Part shown: one piece after another, positions 1 through 12,639 of the stretch | Layout of the letters: each line of letters begins with the position of its first letter | How positions within the stretch are numbered: position 1 is the first letter of the stretch | Assembly (NCBI GenBank): GCA_013265495.1 | Contig: MU058205.1 | Location: 12,312 to 76,311, forward strand | Reading direction: 5' to 3' | Length of the DNA stretch: 64,000 nucleotides | DNA from: Vicugna vicugna | Taxonomy: Eukaryota | Position numbers and translations under genes: made by a program | Notes under the pieces: generated by a model | What the model was told of the DNA's origin: nothing | The model's input: only the letters and a program-made list of their open reading frames with translations | Databases searched by the model: none

Positions 1-150
1 CAGGGCAGCTCACAGGACAGGACAGGGCAGGGCAGCTCACAGGACAGGACAGGGCAGGGCAGCTCACAGGACAGGACAGGGCAGGGCAGCTCACAGGACA
101 GGACAGGACAGAGCAGCTCACAGGACAGGACAGGGCAGGGCAGCTCATAG
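1..150. repeat. 27-bp minisatellite (CAGGGCAGCTCACAGGACAGGACAGGG), ~5.5 copies, probably continuing beyond the window start
   Basis: Unit repeats directly at 1, 28, 55, 82; built from CAGGR pentamers. Confidence 0.9.
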
Positions 151-1496
151 GCCAGAGCTGCTGGCTTCCTCTAGGGCAAGGTCAACATGGAGTTAAGCAA
201 CCCACATACACGCACTGCCTGCTCTCTTTTCTGTCACAGCTGTGATAAAACAGAGAACAAAAGTGCAGAGTAAGAGCCCTCACGGCTTCCCCAGACCACC
301 CTTCCTCACCGGCCTGTGCTGGCTTGTGCCTTGGAGAGCCCAGCCGACGGGGCTGGGCTGACCTTGTCACTGAGCTGGGGCAAGAGGAACGCAGGGTTCT
401 ATTGGCTGCTCGGGTCCTGGTCACCTGCCAGTGTCCGGGTGGTGTGGCCGTGTCGGCGAGCACTGGAGCTGGTGGAAGGAAGTCCGGGTCCTTCCGGACA
501 AGGGGTTTACACTCAGGTCACTAGGAACCACCGGCTGTTCACTCATTTGCTGCTGGTGGGACTGAAGGGGTGGCTGGGTGCTGCCACAAGTCCAGGCTCA
601 TCCACCTGTGACAATGGGCCTGAGTGTTACAGGAGCAAACTGGGGGCTCAGTCCCCCCTTTTGAAAACAATAATTTGCCACTTTGTTGAACAACTGTTCA
701 CTTTTTTCCATTAAAAATTGTTGATGTACACACAGGAGACATACAAAGCTCACCTACACAGTTGTGTGTGTGTGTGTGTGAGCATGTGTTGTTCACAGTT
801 TGAGGATCCACTGTGGTATGGACGCCTGTCCTCACTGCTGGAGTCAGTATATGAAAACAACCCTCTCCCAGGGGAACCTGGAATTCAGTGACAATCCTGT
901 CCCTGCTCTGCCTCCTCTTCTGACTCCCCGGGGGCACCTCTCAGCCAAGGCACCAGGCTTTTCTGTTCCACTTCCTTCACGTGCCCGCTTTGGGGACTAG
1001 CTGTCCGGGTGACTCACCCTGATGCCGTGATTGCTGAGTGTCCCTTGTGTGGATGGGCCACGTCCACCCACTCTCCTGATGAGACACGCTGGGCCTGTCC
1101 TATCTCGGGGCCCAGGACTCACCGCCAGGCCGTGTCCCACGTTTCACTGGTGTTTACACCCAGGAGCAGAACTTCTGGATCAGAGGGGGCCCTCACCTTC
1201 CTGGCCAAGAACAGCATCTTTCCTGAAAATTGAGCAGGTGTGTGTGCCAGGCCCCAGGCAGACCTGGGAGGAGGGGAGCTGCAGTCGGACCATTGTACAG
1301 GGACATCTGAGCCACCACCGCTGCCTGCGCCGAGCTGTGGGGGCGGGCGGGTGCTTTCAGAGGGGGAAAAGGGAGGGGGGCCTGGCCGATACCCCCAGCT
1401 CCCTCCCCTCCCTGAGTTAGGGGCACAGTTGCTGACTGGGAGCTGCATAAACCATCAGGCAGGAGAGAGAGTGTGTGCAGGGGCGCCGAGGCTGAA

Positions 1497-1820
1497 GGGG
1501 CTGCCCCGACCCAGGGTCGCCGCCCCGGGAGGCCTGAACAGCAGGAGTCCATCTTCCTACAGCTCTGGGGGCGGGAGGCCCGGGCGGAGTCCGGCGAGGC
1601 CACTTTCTGGTGATGGCTCTCCTCCCAGCCGCCAGCTGGCCGCGTCCTCGCTGTGTCCACATGTGATGGGGAGCCAGCCCAGGGACTCTGTCATGTAAGG
1701 ACACCAGACCAACCGGGCAGGGCCGCCCTCAGGACCTCACTCAGCCTCTGCACTCCAGACACTGTCACACGGGGGGACCTGAACCTGTGGATCTGGGGGA
1801 CGTGAACACCAGTCTGTAAC
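1497..1820. mobile_element. MaLR (MLT1-type) LTR remnant, GC-shifted
   Basis: Collinear with recalled MLT1 motifs: gggctgcc...cagctctgggggc...tggccgc..tcgctgtgtcc...taaggacaccag...gacctca...gtaac. Confidence 0.6.
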
Positions 1821-3589
1821 GGTGAGGGGTGTCTGAGGCCCTGGAGCAGGCGGGGGTGAGGGCGGGGCGGCGTCCAGGTACCTGCTGTTGTGAAACCATC
1901 CGCCCCTCAGGGCAGGGCTTTAAACACCCCTCGCTTCCTCCCGCAGGACGGGGCGCGGGCAGGCCCGGGCGCCGGCTGCTCTCCGCTGCCCGGGACCTCA
2001 GCGCTCGCCTTGCGCACAGGGGCTGCCGCCCGGGGCTCAGCTGGGCTGGTGGCCGGGCCTCGGCCTCCGTGTGGCTGCTGGGTTTCCTCACAGGCTGCGG
2101 GCTGGTTTCCAAGAGTGAGAAAGCAAAAGCTGCCATTCCGTCCTTCGCAGGTCGGGTCTGATCCTGGCAGGAGTGCCATTTCTCTCATTGTGGAAGTCAG
2201 GGTCCAGGGACAGCTGCTGGCCACTCATGTCCCAGAGCTTGTCTTTTTTTTTTTTAATAAAAATTCCATGAATTGAAGCTGTACAACATGACATTTGGTG
2301 TGTATGTATATAGTGAAGTGCTTACTGCAGGCGAGCTAATTAACACACCCTTCTCCTCCCCTATTTCTCACTTTGTGTGGTGTGAGCCCCTCGAAGCTAC
2401 TCTCCTGGTGAATATCCCCGACATGATACCTTGTCATTAACCATGGCCATCCCGCTGCACCTGTGTGTGCAGACCTACTCACGCTACAGAACTGGCACTT
2501 TCACCCGGGACCACCTCTCCCCAGTTCTGTTGCAGCAGCTGAGCCTGACCCTCAGCAGGACAGCAATCTAGCAGGGGACACTTCTAGTGGCCCCCCTGGG
2601 TCAGGCTGCTCCCAGGACCACAGCTATCTGAGGTTTCCAGCCCTCCCTTCCGTGGGTGACAGCCAAGCCCAGCTCCAGCCCCCTCTCCCCTCCAGACACT
2701 GCTCTGGAAATCCAACGTCTGAAGATGGATGCTCCCAACTAAAGGAGTCAGGAGCTGACATCTTCCAGGGGGCCACCCCCACTCTCTCCCAGAGATGCAG
2801 CTTGTTTGGAAATACGCTGACTCCCTCCTGACAACTGCACATTCTAATCGAGTAACTCAGGGAACAGGAGGTGTCACGCGTGGTGTAACTTGGTTATTAC
2901 TCGATGAATTTGGAACTGGCAACTTCCCTGACAGCTTAATTGGAAATCCAAGGAAACTCCACTCACAGTGTGAAGGCAGGACTTGGTCAAACCTGGGCCA
3001 GAGCCCTCAGGTTGGGGAGATGGATATTTAGGACCTCACAGGTATCATAAAGTGTCTCACAGCTGGTGTGAAATAGATTATATTACTAGAAAATCTGAGG
3101 TCCAGGAAGGCCAACAGATCAGGAGACAGCTGCCACTGAAAAGGCACTTTCTACTCACTGGCCCGGTGTGGGGATGGCAGCCTATGTGGGTCCACACCAC
3201 GTGGGGACCCCGGGGTCAGGGGCGGAGGAGCAGGGCGCTGTGGATAGGGCTGTCACGGGGTTTCTGCAGGAGGGAAGGGCGAGGCAGGTGAGCAGGCTGA
3301 GGACTGGCCGGTAGAGTAACTTCATGGGCTCTGGGGTCAAGGGACGACCTCGTGTGTCTGGACCTGATTCTGGGTGAGTCAGGCAGGTGGGCAGTGGCTC
3401 CGTGTGGGTCTGAGTCCAGTGGAGGAGGTGGGGGGTTAGCCCTAGAGAAAGGACTCCTCCTGGAGCGGGAGGGCCCACAAGGGAGGCAGGAGGCCAAGTC
3501 CAGGTGACTGAGAACAGGGCGTGTCCCGCAAAGGCCTGCAGGGCAGATGAAGGCATCCAGTCTACAGAAGGGAGAAACGTGTTCCATTC

Positions 3590-4370
3590 AAGGGCTCAGC
3601 TCGGATGTCACCTCCTCAGAGGAGCCTTCCCTGCCTGCGTAGTCTATAGGGACAGCCTCCTCCACACACATCTCCCCAGCAGTTACCCGCTTCATTTCCT
3701 GCATAGCATTCAGGATCCAGCCCCCCACTTCACACCCAGCTGTGGTTCCCCCTGCCCAGAAGAAAAGCCCTCACAGGGGCCACCGAGCCCTGCACGACCT
3801 GGGCCCCCACCTCTCTGTCTCCTCTGCCACCACTGTCCCCGCCACCTGGCTCTCTCCTCCTCCACCCTGCACTCCTGACTTCCCCGAGCCCTGCGTGTTC
3901 TCCAGAGCATGTGTCCCTCTTCACACGCTGTGTGTGCTCACTGTGTGTCTCACTCACTGCGTGCCTCCTGCCTAGGTCAGTGTCCAGCACACAGCAGGGC
4001 TCAATAAGTAGTGAATGAACGACTCTTACAATCACTGCCAGGAAGACTCTTGTCTGTGGCCTACAGTGATCACACACCCAGTGCACATTCACTGAGGCCC
4101 TGCTGTGTGCTGGGCAGGTTCCAGACAACAGGCACAGCAGGGAGTGAAGCATGCGGGTCTCCATTTTCATGCAGCAGACAGCCTGGTGGGGGACACAGAG
4201 AAAAATAAGTAAAATACACACAATGTTGGCGGTGATGTGTTCCATGGAGAAAAATAAAGTCAGGAAGGACATTTGACAGACTCCCGGAGGTGTTTAAGGA
4301 GAGAGGGAGAGAGTTCCAGGCTGAAAGAACAGCCAGTGCAAAGGCCCTGAGGCCACAGTGGGATGCACGT
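3590..4370. mobile_element. L2 LINE fragments (both orientations)
   Basis: ccagcacacagcagggctcaataagtagtgaatgaac L2 3' end; aacagccagtgcaaaggccctgaggc L2 motif. Confidence 0.55.
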
Positions 4371-4926
4371 GGAGAGTCTTAGTTATCCGTGTGGGTTCTT
4401 AGTCCTGCCTTGAGTATGTATGCTGCTTTTCTTTGTAAACCTTGGTTTCACCTTTCTAGCTAATTAACCTGAGTCACCAATCTGTATAATTTAGCCCATT
4501 CTTTCTCAGGTATTCTGGGCACAATGGTGAGCTGGTGACTTGGTAAAGAATGACCTGAGTCTGAGAAGAGTTTTTGAAAGTTTAATAGGGACAGTGCTAT
4601 CGGCAACAGCAGGCCACACAGGCAGGAGGTACCTGCATGAGCCCCAAGGGGGAGCGTGCAGGGTTTGTTATTGGGGGAGGAGGCTGTGCACACAAGGAGA
4701 AGGGGGCCGCAGGATCAGTTCATCCACAGGTACCTGATTGGTTGTGAGACCTGTCAGGGACTTCGCTGAACAATAGGCTTCACCACTTTGATAAGGGCAG
4801 CACGTGAGGCCTGTCCTCCTGGGGCAATGGGTTTTGATAGGGTAAACACACATCAAGAGAAGATGCTTCATGTGTTGCAGAGATGCAGGTGTGCAAAGGG
4901 TTCAGCACTGAGGAGTGGGAAGTAAT

Positions 4927-5463
4927 TGTAGCAGGAAAGAGCAAATCTGACTCCGTATTAAATCAATTTCTTTGGCTTTAACCCTGCGCCCTGTTTTCTA
5001 GGCTTAGTCTTGCCGGCTCTGCACCTTTTGTAGAAGAATGTTGCCTTTAGCCTGAAATAGACAGGAGAGCCCATTCTCAAGGCTCTGACCTTTAAGGACA
5101 TTTACACTTTTGCACTTCTATAAAGACAACAAGTTGCAGAATGGAAAATAACATTTGTTTTGTTGGAGGTTTACAGGGACACCATGACCTGGCCCAGGTG
5201 GACGGCTGCAAGAACAAAGGATTCCAAGAAGAAAGAATTCCTACACCAGGAAGTCTGCAGCAACCAACCACACCCCCTTCCCTTTTTAGTATAAATGGAG
5301 CCTTAATTCTGACTTGAGTAGGGTGGTTCTCCAAGACATTAGCCTGCCATTCTCTCAGTCTGATGGCTTTCCGAATAAAGTCGTTACTCCTTACCCCAGC
5401 GCCTCTTCTGCTGATTAGTTGGCTTGTCATGTGGCGAGCAGAACGAGTTTGGACTCAGTAACA
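4927..5463 (+). mobile_element. ERV1-class LTR followed by a degenerate PBS and leader remnant
   Basis: TG...CA ends (tgtagcagg...cagtaaca), TATA-like tataaat near 5290, AATAAA near 5374, then tgggcaaagccatcctggag resembling the tRNA-Arg PBS TGGCGAGCCAGCCAGGAG. Confidence 0.7.
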
Positions 5464-6885
5464 AATTTGGGCAAAGCCATCCTGGAGCCTTGCTGTTTGT
5501 GGCCAGCCTGCCCTGTTTGGGGAAGTTTCAGGTAAGGCTCTAACAGCTGCCAGGACCACCTGTCCTGAGGACCTACCCTTCAAAATCCCCTGAAGCAGCA
5601 CCTGCTGCCCCTAGCACTTGGCATTTGGAGCAAGGGCTCTACATCTGGGGGCCGACAGGCTGCACACAGTAGGGCGAGTTGCTCTGGTGTGTACAGCCAG
5701 AAACTATATTCCTCTGCGTGTGGGGCTTTTTGTCTGGAATAAACCCATTTGTTTTAGTGGGGTTTCCTGTTGGTGAGAGGAAATAGCTGTTGGACTTTTA
5801 CCTGATCTTTGAACCAGTTCTTTTGTTTCTTTGGATGCTCGCATTTGTGTATGTCATTTGTGTGTGTTTGTTTGTTTTCCACGTTCACTTACGTTGACTG
5901 ACTCCCACATGGTGTTGGTTTAGCCTTTGACACACAGTCACGGGAAAGAATTTACAGGGAAAGAACTCGGTTATATAATTAAATATAATTCTATTTAATC
6001 ACAAAATCTATATTCTTTTGAAAAATGGAAATGAAGGTACGTAAAGTCACAGGGAAATGACCACTTAGTTCCCTAGTGTCCTCTGGTTAGTAATGACGAT
6101 GGCCTTTTTCTTAAGAAACAATGAGGTGGTAAGTTTTATGGTTATTTTTCAACATGGAGAATGTGAATATAAAAAGAACATTTTTTGTTAGCACAAGTTT
6201 AACTTTATACTAAGTTTTAAGGCCGGATTGAAATTGTGTCAGACTGACTGCTCTAGCTAAGTCAAAGCTACCGGTAAAAATGTGAGAATGGGAAGCATCC
6301 CCTGCAGAAAGGCGGTGCGTGCACCCACAGTTTATAGTGCCCAGTGGGAAGAAAAGAAATTAATTGAAACCACCCAGATACACTGTTTTCATAAGTCCCC
6401 TTTGCCATCACCTTAGGACGGCAGAGTTTTTAACCCCGTGATTTGATGCAAATTTTCGTTCTTGTACTATCCAAGCCTTTCTTAGTGGTCCAGTCTTCAT
6501 GGGTGGCTACAGTTTCCCTCTGACCACGGAGGGCACTGAGCAACCCCTGTGAATGGACTACTCCCCGGGGGAGCAGCAGCGGAACTTCCACCTGGTAGTC
6601 ATGATCGATCACCGCGGCGTCTCTGCTTTTTGTTTCTTGGCACAAAGAGCCCCACATGGCCAGGGCAGTCTCGGCTTTCAGTTTCATTTTTACTTGATAA
6701 AAAAATTTGTATTGAAACACGTATGCCAAAAATGCAAAAATTCTGAGTGCAGAGCATGATATATTGGCACAAAACTGTATCCTGTACGCACCACGCAGAT
6801 AGATAAATGGAACAGGATTAGTACGGTTCTGCTGACCACCTTCCCACAGGAAACCACTAATCTAACTTCTGAAGCCATAGATTAG

Positions 6886-7162
6886 TTTTTTTTTTTTAAC
6901 ATTTTTTATTGGTTTTTAATCATTTTACAATGTTGTGTCAAATTCCAGCGTAGAGCACAATTTTTCAGTTATGCATGAACATATTCATACTCCTTGTCAC
7001 ATTTTTTTCTCCGTGAGCTACCACAAGATATTGCATACATTTCCCTGTGCTATACAGTATAATCTTGTTTATCTATTCTACATTTTGAAATCCCAGTCTG
7101 TCCCTTCCCACCCCCCACCCTCTTGGCAACCACAAGTTTGTATTCTCTGTCTGTGAGTCTGT
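6886..7162 (-). mobile_element. Young L1 3' end (camelid type)
   Basis: Poly-T head; reverse complement of the tail of the 31.1-31.7 kb L1; TSD-like gaagccatagat / gaaaccatagat. Confidence 0.8.
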
Positions 7163-7296
7163 GAAACCATAGATCCGTTTTGTCTGTTCTTGAACTTTCT
7201 GTAAACAGAATCACACAGCACCGATTCCTCGGCAGCCGCTTTCTTTAGCTCAACATCATATTGGCGAGATGCAGTCACGTTTTGTAGTTACACGTT

Positions 7297-7632
7297 GTTG
7301 GCCTTGAAAAAGGTAGCAGAGCCAATTATTTTACCAAGAACATGAGTTTATTCAGGAATAGCAGGGGAATTGCAATCTGGGACATGCAAACTATGTCAAA
7401 CATAGGCAAGCCCAAGGAGATAAAGGGAATGTCAGCTTGCTTTAGGTTTTAGGAGGAAACTGGGGAGGGCTGTGCTGGTTCCTCACTGGCTGCAGCAGCG
7501 GGCAGCTTGTTGCTGGGTCAGAAGGAAGTCCTTTCTTCCTGAACTGTGTAACTTGCGGTGATAGGCGGATCAGAGCGCCCCCTTCAGGGCTCTCCAACTT
7601 CGCTGTAAAATAAGGTTTTCTTTATTTTCACA
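7297..7632 (-). mobile_element. Solo LTR (ERV1-like) inserted in older L1
   Basis: tgttggcc...ttttcaca termini; tttatt (reverse polyA signal) near the left end. Confidence 0.55.
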
Positions 7633-8888
7633 AGTTGGTTCACTTTCACTGCTGTCGGAATACACCTCAGGCAATGCATCCTCACTGCTGATGCACACGA
7701 GGGGCGTTTCCAGCTTCCTGCTCTTTCAAACACTGCTGCCGCCGACCGGCTTGCACGTCTTGGTGCACACGCGCCCACGTTTCCATTGTGCGCAGCTAAA
7801 GCGCTATTCCTGAGCCAGAGGGAATCTGAGCGTTCTGCTTCCATAGAGCTTTCCAAATCATTTGTCCAAAGTGGTGGTGCAGTTTATACCCCTGCCAGAA
7901 GCACCTGAGGGTTTTAGCTTGTTTTACACATGTTCTTGCCAACGCTGGCTTTCTCATTTTGGATAATGGAGGTATTATGGTTTTAATTTACATTTCTTCT
8001 ATAACAATTGAGAATAAGCACCTTTTCATACACTTATTGGCCATTTGAATATCTTCTTTGGTGAAGTGGTGTATTTTGCCCATTTTTCTGTTACTCTGTC
8101 TTTTCTCATTGAGTATTTCTGTTGTCAAATATGTACTTTGAATATAGTCTTTCTTGTCTCTTAATTCTCTTAATCTTATGTTTTGATGTAAAGACATTCC
8201 TAATTTTAACTGAGTCCAATTTGTAAACCTTTTCCCTAGTGGTTAGTGCCTTGTGTATCCTTTAAGAGATCATTTCCTGCCCCAGCGTCATGAAGATGGT
8301 TTCCTATATTACAATCCCTAAACCCTTCCTGTTTGCTCTTCACATTTAATTCCGTAATTCACCAGAAATGGTGTGTTTGCATATGATTTAGGTAGGTTTC
8401 AAGTGCTGTTTGCCCCTGGATTACTACATAATTGAAGCAGCACTATTTAATGAAAAGATTGTCCTTTCTTGATGTTCTGCAGTGCCTCCAACCATGGTCA
8501 AGTGTCCATGAGACCATGGGTCTGTTTCTGGAATCTCTAGTCTTTTCCATCACTTTATTTGCTTACCCTTGTCTAAACTGATCCCACAGTGCTGTCTTTG
8601 CTGTGTCTTTATAATAAATCTCTATCTTGTTGATGTTAGTTCTCCAACTATCTCCTCCTACTACTGTATTTTTTTCTTAGCTATCTTTGTTTTTTATACT
8701 TCCGTAAGTTTTAGAAGTGACTTTTAAATTTACACAGATGCAAACTATTGAGATCTTAATTGAAGTTGCTTTGAATAAGAAAATTTGGTCTTTATTGTAT
8801 TGATTCTTTCAAACCTTGGGCATAGTACATCACCCCTCCTCCCATTTATTAAGTTTTCTTTAATTCATCTCAATACTGTTTTCATTTT

Positions 8889-9030
8889 GGGGGGGAGGTA
8901 ATTAGGTTCTTTATGTATTTTTAAGTTAATCTTTATCTTATTACACTTTTTAGTGGAGGTACTGGGGATTGAACCCAGGAGCTTGTGCGTGCTAGGCACG
9001 CACTCCACTGCTTATCTATCCCCGTCCCCC
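8889..9030 (-). mobile_element. Vic-1-like tRNA-derived SINE
   Basis: ggaggtactggggattgaacccagg (reverse B box); TSD ctcaatactgttt. Confidence 0.85.
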
Positions 9031-9696
9031 AGCTCAATACTGTTTCATACTATTTGTGTGTAGAGGGCTTGTATATTTTTGCTAAATCTATTCTTAGGTA
9101 TTTGAATTTTTTAAAGATTGTTCTAACAACCTTTTTTGGGGTAATTTTATTTACTAAGTATCCACAGTAAAAACAAAATACCAATTTGATTTTTGTATAA
9201 TGACTTTATATTCAGTGACCCTGCAAATGTTTATATGTAGATTCTTTTGGATCCTCTTTCTTTGTCTCTGTCTCTCTATCTCTCTATACATGCACTTACT
9301 ATTAATTAATTTTCTTGTTAATTAATTTTACCAACTTATTGAACTGACTAGGACCTCCCATGCAGGGTTAAATAGAGTGATGATGTGGGGCACCCTTGAG
9401 TCATCTCCAATTTCAGAAGGGAGCATTTTACCATTAAGTACAATGTTTGATTTAAAGTTTTGTTTGTTTTGTCAGAATAGGGAGATTTCTTTCTATTTCT
9501 AGTTTGCCAAGAGGTTGTTTTTCTTTTAATCTTGAATTTTTAATGTTGAATTTTACCAAATGTTTCTAAATATTGAGATGGTCATATGATTTCGCTGCTG
9601 TATTCTGTTAATGCTTTACATTGTATTGATTGATTTCAAATATCAGTTTGCATGCATTTCTGGACTAAATTCAACTTGGACTTGGGATATTATCCC

Positions 9697-9829
9697 TTTT
9701 TGGTTTTTTGTTTTTGGTGGGGGCGGAATTAGGTTTGTCATTTACTTTTAGAGGAGATACTGGGGATTGAACCCAGGACCATGTGCATGCTGAGTATGCA
9801 CTTTACCACTTAAGCTATACCTTCCCCCC
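9697..9829 (-). mobile_element. Vic-1-like SINE
   Basis: gggattgaacccaggacc...gctataccttcccc. Confidence 0.85.
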
Positions 9830-11039
9830 ATGCCTTATCTGTTTTCATATGTCACTAGATTGAATTTGCTGATACTTTGTTCAGGAATTTTGGATGTTTA
9901 TGAGTGGGATTCACCAGGGATCCCATGTGTCTGAAAGGTGAACGACGTGAATGACTAACCTTCCGGATCATGGTGCCAGGGGTCACACGTCTACACAGCA
10001 TGGGGAAATTTCAGAACTCCACAAGCAAGGGGACCACTTCAAAATCCTATAGAGAGAGAAAAAAAACTTGCTATAAAGGCAGAAAAATAAGATGGAAATG
10101 AGACTTCTCATCAGCAATATTAGGTACCAAAAAATAGAATCAAATTTTTCAAAATTCCAATTGGAAGGAATTTGGACTTAGAATTCTAGAATTTTCCAAA
10201 TCTATAACCAAACTCTCATTTAAGTGAGAGTTAAAAAAAAAACACATTTCCAAATTCGCAAGACTCAGAAAGTATAATGTTCACTACCCTCACCCTGATT
10301 GAATAGTTTCTGGATGACATAATCTAGCAAGAACAGTGGAACCAAGAGAAAAAGATGGGATAAAAGAAGCAATGGTGAATCAAAAGAAACAAAAATAAAA
10401 ACCTCATAACACACAAACAGAAAAGCAAACCCATTACCATTACCATCATCACTTACATAAATACAAGTAAGACTTATTTATAATGCTAAAATGAGTGTGG
10501 GAAAGGGGTTGGATATCATAAAAACCTGAAACCCAAATCTCAGATAATTTACACTGAGCTGAGGCAGAGCAATGGAGATGTGGGAGACAGGAGAGAGAAG
10601 TGACTGATAGGTGCATTTCTGCCCTCAAGGACAGAAGGCAGCTCCAGAAGCCCCCCTATTGCACAACTTCTGTTTACACTCAGTAGGAGAGGCTATGGCT
10701 GACTCTTAACCGGTAATTCCAGCAAAAGAATCACTTCATTTTCTTGGGCCTTGTTGGATCATTTGCCCAAGAGGAGATGGCTGGAGTCTTAGTCTGACCG
10801 TAGGAGTCTAGGGTGGAGTCAACTCTACCAGAAGTACGTGGTACCAGTTAAAATTTGAATTTGGCTCTGAGTCACAGGAAACCCCATATGTGATCATGGT
10901 CTGAGGGAGGCATTCCCTGCTAGCAGGAGCAACTTCTCTTCCTCTTGTCTTTCGTCATAACCTTTGTCTTCTGTACAAGGCAGAGGCTCACCTCCAGCAT
11001 CCTGTTTGTGTCCTGGAGAGGGAGAAGGAGAAAGATAAA

Positions 11040-12420
11040 AGTTTACTGAGTGGTGTTATTGTAAGAATAGCCAAATAGATCCAGGAACTTAGTCAGGAGG
11101 TGAGGCCAGGTAGATACAGAAATTTTGCATAAAATACAGGTGGAATAAATTATCCAATCGATGACGATGGAATGACCAATTTTCCATTTGGGAAGAAAAA
11201 AGTTAGAACTACATACGATATGATATAGGAAAAATTTTTTGAGTTCTTCATTTAATGAATGCTTACTTAAATAAGAAAGAAAAAAAGCAAAATCCATAAA
11301 GAAAAAGATTGACAAATTTGACAACAGCAGCCTTTAAAGCATGTCCTATAGCAAAGGCACTCTTTAAAAGTTGTAATCTAGCAACAGACAGGTGAAAATA
11401 TTTGCAGCATATGTAACGAGGGAGTAATATTTAGAATATATAAAACTTCCCTAGAGATCAATAAGAAAAAGACAAGCAACCTCATTAAAAAAAAAGGATA
11501 ATAATAAGAAGAAGAAATTTGTAAAATAAGAAGTAAATATAGCTAATAAACATAAGAAAACACACTTAGGTTAAAAAACAAAATTTAACTGAGTACATTT
11601 GCGGGTCTAATTGGCTCTATTAAATGATTCTTGAATTGGGCAGCATCTCATCTGGCAAGCAGAGAGGGGTGATATAAAATTGAAGGCTTTTATAGAAAGG
11701 AGGGTGGGACAAGGAAGTCACTAACAATAGAAAACTGGAAGTTCATTGGAGGAAAGTAAGAGCTCAGGTGACAATGGCTTCTCATTGGCTGAGCTGTGGT
11801 ATTTCCGTTGGCTGGACTTGTTGCTGGGCAGGAAGAAAATCTTCCTTCCTCCTGCCAGGGAAATAAAGTAGAGGCCCCTTCCTGTCGGAGATGCAAGGTG
11901 CCTCTTTTCCTGTTGGGGTCTGTAATTGACATCTTCCTGTTTAAGGTAAATGACACAGAGTAGGAGGGTGTGAGACCCCCCTCTACTGTTCCGAACTCCA
12001 GTTTTAGTTGAGGTTTCCTTTGATAACTTTTCACAGTTATAATTAGGGAAATACAAATTAAAAAGTGGTATACAATTTTGAATCATTTAAAACAGAGGTC
12101 TTTGTGAAGTTTGATAAAATCAAAGTTGGCGATGTTGTAAGGACAGTCGCACACCACTCTTGGTACGGCTATTTTGGAGGACAGTTTGCACCATCTGTGC
12201 ATGTCCTGTAGAGAGCATATCCACTGTGACTTAGTGCCATCCCTCTTCAGTATCTACCCTAGACAAGCACTTATATGTGTATTAAGAGGCATATGAAGTT
12301 ATGCTTATTGCAGCATTTATAATAGCAAAATAGGAAATCATTCAAATGCCTACTGACAGTGAAATGGTTAAAAGAAAATCTCTGGTACATCCACACTGTG
12401 AAACATCTTACTGTCAGCTG
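11040..12420 (+). mobile_element. Ancient L1M ORF2 3' fragment with nested LTR
   Basis: A-rich strand with L1 motifs (aaaatatttgca, tattgcagcattt..aatagcaaaa). Confidence 0.55.
11569..12034 (-). mobile_element. Solo LTR (ERV1-like)
   Basis: Ends ...aacttttcaca; reverse TATA (ttttata) and CCAAT (attgg) motifs. Confidence 0.55.
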
Positions 12421-12639
12421 GAGCCTCTCCTCCTTGTAGCCTTGCAGCCTGGTAGCTTCAGTGGATCCAACTTCTCAGTGTTGATTGGCATCCTGCAGAG
12501 TGCAAAAGCAGATACTTCCAGGCTGATTCTGCTTCAGCTCAGAAGCAGAGAATTCTCATCGCTGCTGCATTTGGTTGTGCAGAGACAGACACAGCCAGCT
12601 CAGGCCTGTGGGGCAGGAGCGTAAGCTGGGCTACCACAA

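Larger units (their letters stand above)
7640..9900 (-). mobile_element. Ancient L1M fragments (ORF2/3' UTR) interrupted by SINEs
   Basis: T-rich strand; ORF 7988-8197(-) FTKEDIQMANKCMKRC is an L1 ORF2 C-terminal motif. Confidence 0.7.

Noticed and set aside
1..150. Possible CRISPR-like array
   Set aside because: Head-to-tail repeat without unique spacers, in mammalian DNA
6430..6759. 99-aa minus ORF and overlapping plus ORFs in non-repeat-looking sequence
   Set aside because: No recognisable homology and no convincing donor/acceptor pair
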